Shown: one piece after another, positions 60,186-64,000 of the stretch
Layout: each line of letters starts with the position of its first letter
Numbering within the stretch: position 1 is the first letter of the stretch
From: Candidatus Freyarchaeum deiterrae
GTDB taxonomy: Archaea > Asgardarchaeota > Jordiarchaeia > Jordiarchaeales > Jordiarchaeaceae
Direction of reading: 5' to 3'
Assembly (NCBI GenBank): GCA_037305845.1
Contig: CP147778.1
Location: 2,144,001 to 2,208,000 of the forward strand
DNA length: 64,000 nucleotides
The notes under the pieces: generated by a model
Told to the model about the DNA's origin: nothing
What the model saw: the letters and a program-made list of their open reading frames with translations, nothing else
Database searches by the model: none
Translations under genes and position numbers: made by a program

Positions 60186-60365
60186 TTAAGAACCCTCTTT
60201 TTCTTCTTCTTTGGGTTCCTTCTTTTTGAATTCCGTATAACCGCACTTTCCGCAAGACAGTCGATCGTAATGCGCGGCCATGAAATAACCTGCTCCACAT
60301 CTCGGGCATTGAACCTTCAATCTTTCAATCTTGTTTCCTGCTATCTTATAGTATTTACCATTCAA
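60186..60365 (-). CDS. rps27ae: Ribosomal protein S27ae (eS31), 59 aa, absent from ORF track
   Basis: YYKI....IERL...[22 protein letters not shown]; GGAGGT upstream of the TTG. Confidence 0.93.
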   Translation of the reverse strand: MNGKYYKIAGNKIERLKVQCPRCGAGYFMAAHYDRLSCGKCGYTEFKKKEPKEEEKEGS

Positions 60366-60384
60366 TCAGAATACCTCCAATTTG

Positions 60385-60756
60385 TTATTTTTTTTCTGGT
60401 TTTTCTTTGGGTTCTGCTTTCTTTTCTTTTTCTGGTTTTTCTTTGGGTTCTGCTTTCTTTCCCTTCTCGGTTTCTGGTTCTCCTAGGTTTCTCTTAACGA
60501 TGTATTTTGGTTCTACTAGAAGAGCTCTTTCTGAAGATTTGTATATGTTTGCAGTGCCTTTTGATTTGGATGCGCCGTACTCTGTTTCGATTTTTTTAAT
60601 GAACAGTTTTTGTGTATCAACGTTTAGGAGGGCTGCTAACTTGTTTTTTATTTCTTCTCTTGAGGGGGTTCCTTTTAAGTCGTGGTTAACTGTAAATGTT
60701 ATTTCTTCTCGTTCTAGTAATTGGTTTTCCTTTTTTGAGTTTATACTTACTTCCAT
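60385..60756 (-). CDS. rps24e: Ribosomal protein S24e
   Basis: N.LL.R.E, TPSR.EI, T.YG...S.G.A.IY and EPKYI..RN motifs. Confidence 0.93.
   Translation of the reverse strand: MEVSINSKKENQLLEREEITFTVNHDLKGTPSREEIKNKLAALLNVDTQKLFIKKIETEYGASKSKGTANIYKSSERALLVEPKYIVKRNLGEPETEKGKKAEPKEKPEKEKKAEPKEKPEKK
60388..60460. repeat. 36-nt tandem repeat in the eS24 C-terminal tail (KKAEPKEKPEK x2)
   Basis: TTTTCTGGTTTTTCTTTGGGTTCTGCTTTC occurs twice, 36 nt apart. Confidence 0.8.
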
Positions 60757-61283
60757 TAGATGGCCTCCATCTGATTTAGGATTTCTTTTACTTCTTTTCT
60801 TTTATTATCGTTAACTTCGACTACAACCAGCCCTTGCTTGGGCTGACCGTAAACTACAAAGGATTTGTCTGGGGCAAGGAGAATTGCTGGAATGGTGAGT
60901 AAATCTTCTTCTCCTTCTATGAAGAGTTCTATGGGAACCTCTGAGTCGTAGGCTTTTTTTAATGTGTTCCAAATGCCTGCGCTGATCATTGCTGCTGGGT
61001 TTTGAGCCTTCATCTGGACACTGTTCGGCACATTCACATTTTCATTTACGCTTCTCAATGTTTTCCCATCAATTATGCATATGTCGGGAATTAACCCTAC
61101 GTCTATTAGGCTTCTGGTTACTACGTCTCCTACGGCTACAAGTTTGGGCGGCATTTCTTTCAGTATCATATCCTTAGCTTTGAGTGTAGTTTCCGGATGT
61201 CTGCCTCTTAAGAGGGTGCCGAATGGCTGTTTAAGTCTTTCTCTGAGCTTGGCGGGAAGAACAAGGTCTCCTAATGCTTCCAA
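60756..61283 (-). CDS. GTP-dependent dephospho-CoA kinase (DUF359)
   Basis: LK.PFG, VGDVVT, IDGKT.R, NPA..I, GEEDL and YGQP..G motifs. Confidence 0.88.
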   Translation of the reverse strand: MEALGDLVLPAKLRERLKQPFGTLLRGRHPETTLKAKDMILKEMPPKLVAVGDVVTRSLIDVGLIPDICIIDGKTLRSVNENVNVPNSVQMKAQNPAAMISAGIWNTLKKAYDSEVPIELFIEGEEDLLTIPAILLAPDKSFVVYGQPKQGLVVVEVNDNKRKEVKEILNQMEAI

Positions 61284-61293
61284 TGGTTGAACC

Positions 61294-61479
61294 TCACCGG
61301 ACTTTTAGTGCATATTTTCCTTTGTTTTTTATTTTTAGCTTTTCAGCTATTTGGGAGTTTTCAGGATCAAAAATTATAACTACTCCGCTGTAATCGCTAG
61401 ATAGTGAGGAAGTTTTACAGTAAGGGCACGTCTGCCCTGTAAATATGAGATGACAATTTTTGCAGGCTTTTTCTTTCAT
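61294..61479 (-). CDS. spt4: Transcription elongation factor Spt4 (RpoE'')
   Basis: KACKNC...CPYC...G.VII.DPE.S.IA...G.YALKVR. Confidence 0.93.
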   Translation of the reverse strand: MKEKACKNCHLIFTGQTCPYCKTSSLSSDYSGVVIIFDPENSQIAEKLKIKNKGKYALKVR

Positions 61480-61481
61480 TT

Positions 61482-62156
61482 TTAAGAACCTTCAGCTATC
61501 GCTTGTTCTTTGGATTTAGCTTTTTTCTCTTTTTTTGCCCTTTTTGCTGCAGGCTTCGCTTCTTTGGCTTCTTTTCCCTCTTCTTTAACTTCTTCTTTAA
61601 GACCATGAATTTCTTCTTCTATCCACTCAATCTTTCCTAGGAAAGGTTGGCGCATTGTTAATCCCAATTTTCCGCTTCTTATACCCCCTCCTATGGAAAC
61701 CGCAACAATTCTGGCTCTCACCTTATCATTTTCTTGTATTATGCGTCCGCTTTCCTTTCCTATTAGGGCGGATCTTTTTTGGTCGTAAGATATGAAGTCG
61801 TCTGTGATTTGGCTTACGTGGCACAGTCCGTCAAGAGGGCCTAATCTGATAAATGCACCAAAATCTACTACTTCAACAACTTCTCCCTCAACTATTTCAT
61901 GTTGTAAGGGTTTGAATATAAGCACGCTAAAAAGTACTTTGTGGAAAGCCGCCCCATCTCCCGGGAGCAGTTTACCCACCTTCACGTCCTCTACATCTAC
62001 TACGCATATTACAACACCAAGATCCGGGTCAATGATTCCCTCGTATTCCTTCATTAGAATTTCCAGAGCCACTTTTTTTATTGGTTCACCGAATCTTTGT
62101 GGCGGTATGCGTACAGTGTCATCAAGTGTGATTATCTCGTACATCTTTCTATTCAC
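61482..62156 (-). CDS. rpoE: RNA polymerase subunit Rpo7 (RpoE')
   Basis: VRIPP..F, PGDGA, FGAFI.LGP.DGL.HVSQI.DD and LTMRQP.LGK.EW motifs. Confidence 0.95.
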   Translation of the reverse strand: MNRKMYEIITLDDTVRIPPQRFGEPIKKVALEILMKEYEGIIDPDLGVVICVVDVEDVKVGKLLPGDGAAFHKVLFSVLIFKPLQHEIVEGEVVEVVDFGAFIRLGPLDGLCHVSQITDDFISYDQKRSALIGKESGRIIQENDKVRARIVAVSIGGGIRSGKLGLTMRQPFLGKIEWIEEEIHGLKEEVKEEGKEAKEAKPAAKRAKKEKKAKSKEQAIAEGS

Positions 62157-62385
62157 CTAGATAATAGTGAAAATTTTTATGAACATTATTCATAGGAAGC
62201 TCCTTCTATGAGGTCTTCCCCACTAAATTTCGGGTTACGTTTTTTACAAGCTTAAAAGCGTTTTTAAGGGTAACGCTATTTAATTTGAAGTAATTTTAAC
62301 CTGCTTTTATTATAACAAGGTATTTTCCTCTTCCACGTTCTCCTTCTTTTTTTCTAAAATCTTGCAATCCCGCAATAATATTTCT

Positions 62386-62823
62386 TCAAGGCTTAAAGTA
62401 GCCTTCCATTTGTAAATGCGATTTTTGCCGAACATATATTGTTGGTATTCCTTCTGATTTAAGTTTTCTTCGTAGATTCTGGTCGTTAGTGGCTACAGCG
62501 CAGCCTTCCTTTTTCGAAAACTTAACTATTAAGTCATCCATATTTCCATTTTCGGGTACTACATCTACGATCTTGTACCTTTGGGCTAGTTCTAGAGCTA
62601 GTTTTGCAGCTTTTCTTACTTTCAGACTCGGATTTTTCACTAATCGTTTTAGCTCCTCGATTGTTCCTTTAAGAATTATTATCTCAAATTTTTGGTTGAT
62701 TATCCTGTCCAAATCAGAGATTACGTCTAGTCCCAGATTGAATGGGGTCATGAGAAAATTTGTGTCCAAAACTACCCTCAAAACCGGGCCTAGGTTATCA
62801 GTCCCCATCCAATCAATCTCCAA
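62386..62823 (-). CDS. PIN-domain protein (Fcf1/Utp24-like)
   Basis: VVLDTNFL, I.EL, DD.I and VATND..L motifs; conserved position after aIF2-gamma. Confidence 0.88.
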   Translation of the reverse strand: MEIDWMGTDNLGPVLRVVLDTNFLMTPFNLGLDVISDLDRIINQKFEIIILKGTIEELKRLVKNPSLKVRKAAKLALELAQRYKIVDVVPENGNMDDLIVKFSKKEGCAVATNDQNLRRKLKSEGIPTIYVRQKSHLQMEGYFKP

Positions 62824-64000
62824 CGACCCGCAATTCTTCTACTAATGGCGATTCTCTGCCCTTTTTCCGCAACTATCGGTCTTCTCAAAGAGATTTCTAC
62901 AACTCCCCTATAAGAAGCAGTCGAGGCTCCTATAGTTGCAGTAGGCCCGATATTCAACATTAATGGCTCCTTCGTCGAGATAGGTTCCACCTTTGACAAT
63001 TCTGTAGTACCAAGAACTCTATCTAAAAGATTAACTTCAATACTAAAATTATTTATTAACGGTGGAAGTGTACCTGGCTGACCAGCGACGCTACCAATCA
63101 TTCCGTCAGCCTTTGTTAATGACGGGTCGAGTTTGGTTCCCAAACCTATCAACCCGCCGGGTTTCGCTTCTTCTAACTCAACGCCTTCACCTGCTTGAAT
63201 GCTAGTAACCTCAGAAAACAATGGCTCATAGCTAACCTTAACTCCCACATCAAGTCTCAACCCTGGCTTAATCTCTATCTCATCCCCTACCTTAACCTTA
63301 CCCTGAATTATCGATCCTCCAATCACTCCACCTTTGAGATCCTCGGGAAGGGTTCCCGGCCTGTTAACTTCAAACGATCTGGCTACATGCATACGCATGG
63401 GCTTCGTGAAATCTCTCTCCGGGGTCGGAATAATCTTCTCCATCGCTTCAATCAAAACATCAAGATTAGCCCCAAAAACGGCGGAAGTTGGGATAATAGG
63501 AGCGCTCTCAGCGGAAGTTCCTTTTACAAAGTCCAAAATTTCCTGATAATTTTTCAAAGTCTTTTCTTTTGAAACTAATTCAATCTTGTTCTGAACAATT
63601 ATAAGATTTTTAACTCCAACAATCTGAAGAGCCGCAAGATGCTCCCTCGTTTGAGGCTGAGGACAGGTCTCATTAGCCGCTATGACTAGGATACCCCCGT
63701 CAACCAATGCGGCGCCGCTTAGCATAGTAGCCATAAGTGCCTCGTGTCCGGGAGAATCAGCAAATGATACGCGGCGAACAAAAACCAAATCAGATTCACA
63801 GTTTGGACACTTATAATTATGCTTTTTAGCCATCGCCGCGGTAAGGTAACATTGGGGCGGCGGGCAGTTCGGACATTTCAAAATTATCGCATCAGCGTAA
63901 CCAAGCTTTATCGAGATACCTCTCCTTTTCTCTTCACTATGACGATCTGTCCACGCACCTGATAAAGCTTGAACCAATGTAGTCTTTCCATGGTCCACAT
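62790..64000 (-). CDS. eif2g: Translation initiation factor 2 gamma subunit (5' end outside the window)
   Basis: HVDHGKTT, RGISIKLGY, DSPGHE.LM, CPQPQT.EH, QNKIE and WRLIGWG motifs. Confidence 0.96.
   Translation of the reverse strand, partial: VDHGKTTLVQALSGAWTDRHSEEKRRGISIKLGYADAIILKCPNCPPPQCYLTAAMAKKHNYKCPNCESDLVFVRRVSFADSPGHEALMATMLSGAALVDGGILVIAANETCPQPQTREHLAALQIVGVKNLIIVQNKIELVSKEKTLKNYQEILDFVKGTSAESAPIIPTSAVFGANLDVLIEAMEKIIPTPERDFTKPMRMHVARSFEVNRPGTLPEDLKGGVIGGSIIQGKVKVGDEIEIKPGLRLDVGVKVSYEPLFSEVTSIQAGEGVELEEAKPGGLIGLGTKLDPSLTKADGMIGSVAGQPGTLPPLINNFSIEVNLLDRVLGTTELSKVEPISTKEPLMLNIGPTATIGASTASYRGVVEISLRRPIVAEKGQRIAISRRIAGRWRLIGWGLIT

Overview
Archaeal chromosomal window. It is probably from an Asgard archaeon; this is inferred from eS30, eS1, eS24, eS31, KEOPS, aIF2-gamma and two small longin-like proteins. 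The left ~43 kb is accessory anaerobic metabolism: GH38 mannosidase, sugar isomerase, sulfatase-like enzyme, corrinoid methyltransferases, FwdB, 2-hydroxyacyl-CoA dehydratase, a xanthine-dehydrogenase-family cassette and a RuBisCO-like protein. It also holds an IS200/605-type IsrB (OMEGA) element. The right ~20 kb is the conserved translation/KEOPS/RNA polymerase superoperon. Main result: three protein-coding genes that look broken in the ORF track (kae1, ychF and the RuBisCO-like gene) are interrupted by four short ORF-less inserts of 28, 31, 30 and 59 nt. Their boundaries fold into bulge-helix-bulge (BHB) motifs, the substrate of the archaeal tRNA-splicing endonuclease. For kae1 and both RLP inserts, cutting at the canonical BHB positions exactly restores the reading frame and a conserved motif (Kae1 GPGLGP; RLP YPAPFGK across an 18-nt micro-exon). 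For ychF, the frame-restoring cut (P-loop GKT) needs a relaxed BHB register. This points to mRNA splicing by tRNA-type introns in several unrelated genes. Other points: the IsrB insertion supplies a replacement RBS and ATG for the gene it interrupts; there are duplicated unannotated DnaJ-zinc-finger microproteins; and there is a CysRS paralog with altered zinc ligands. All product calls come from motif recognition by eye, with no database searches.
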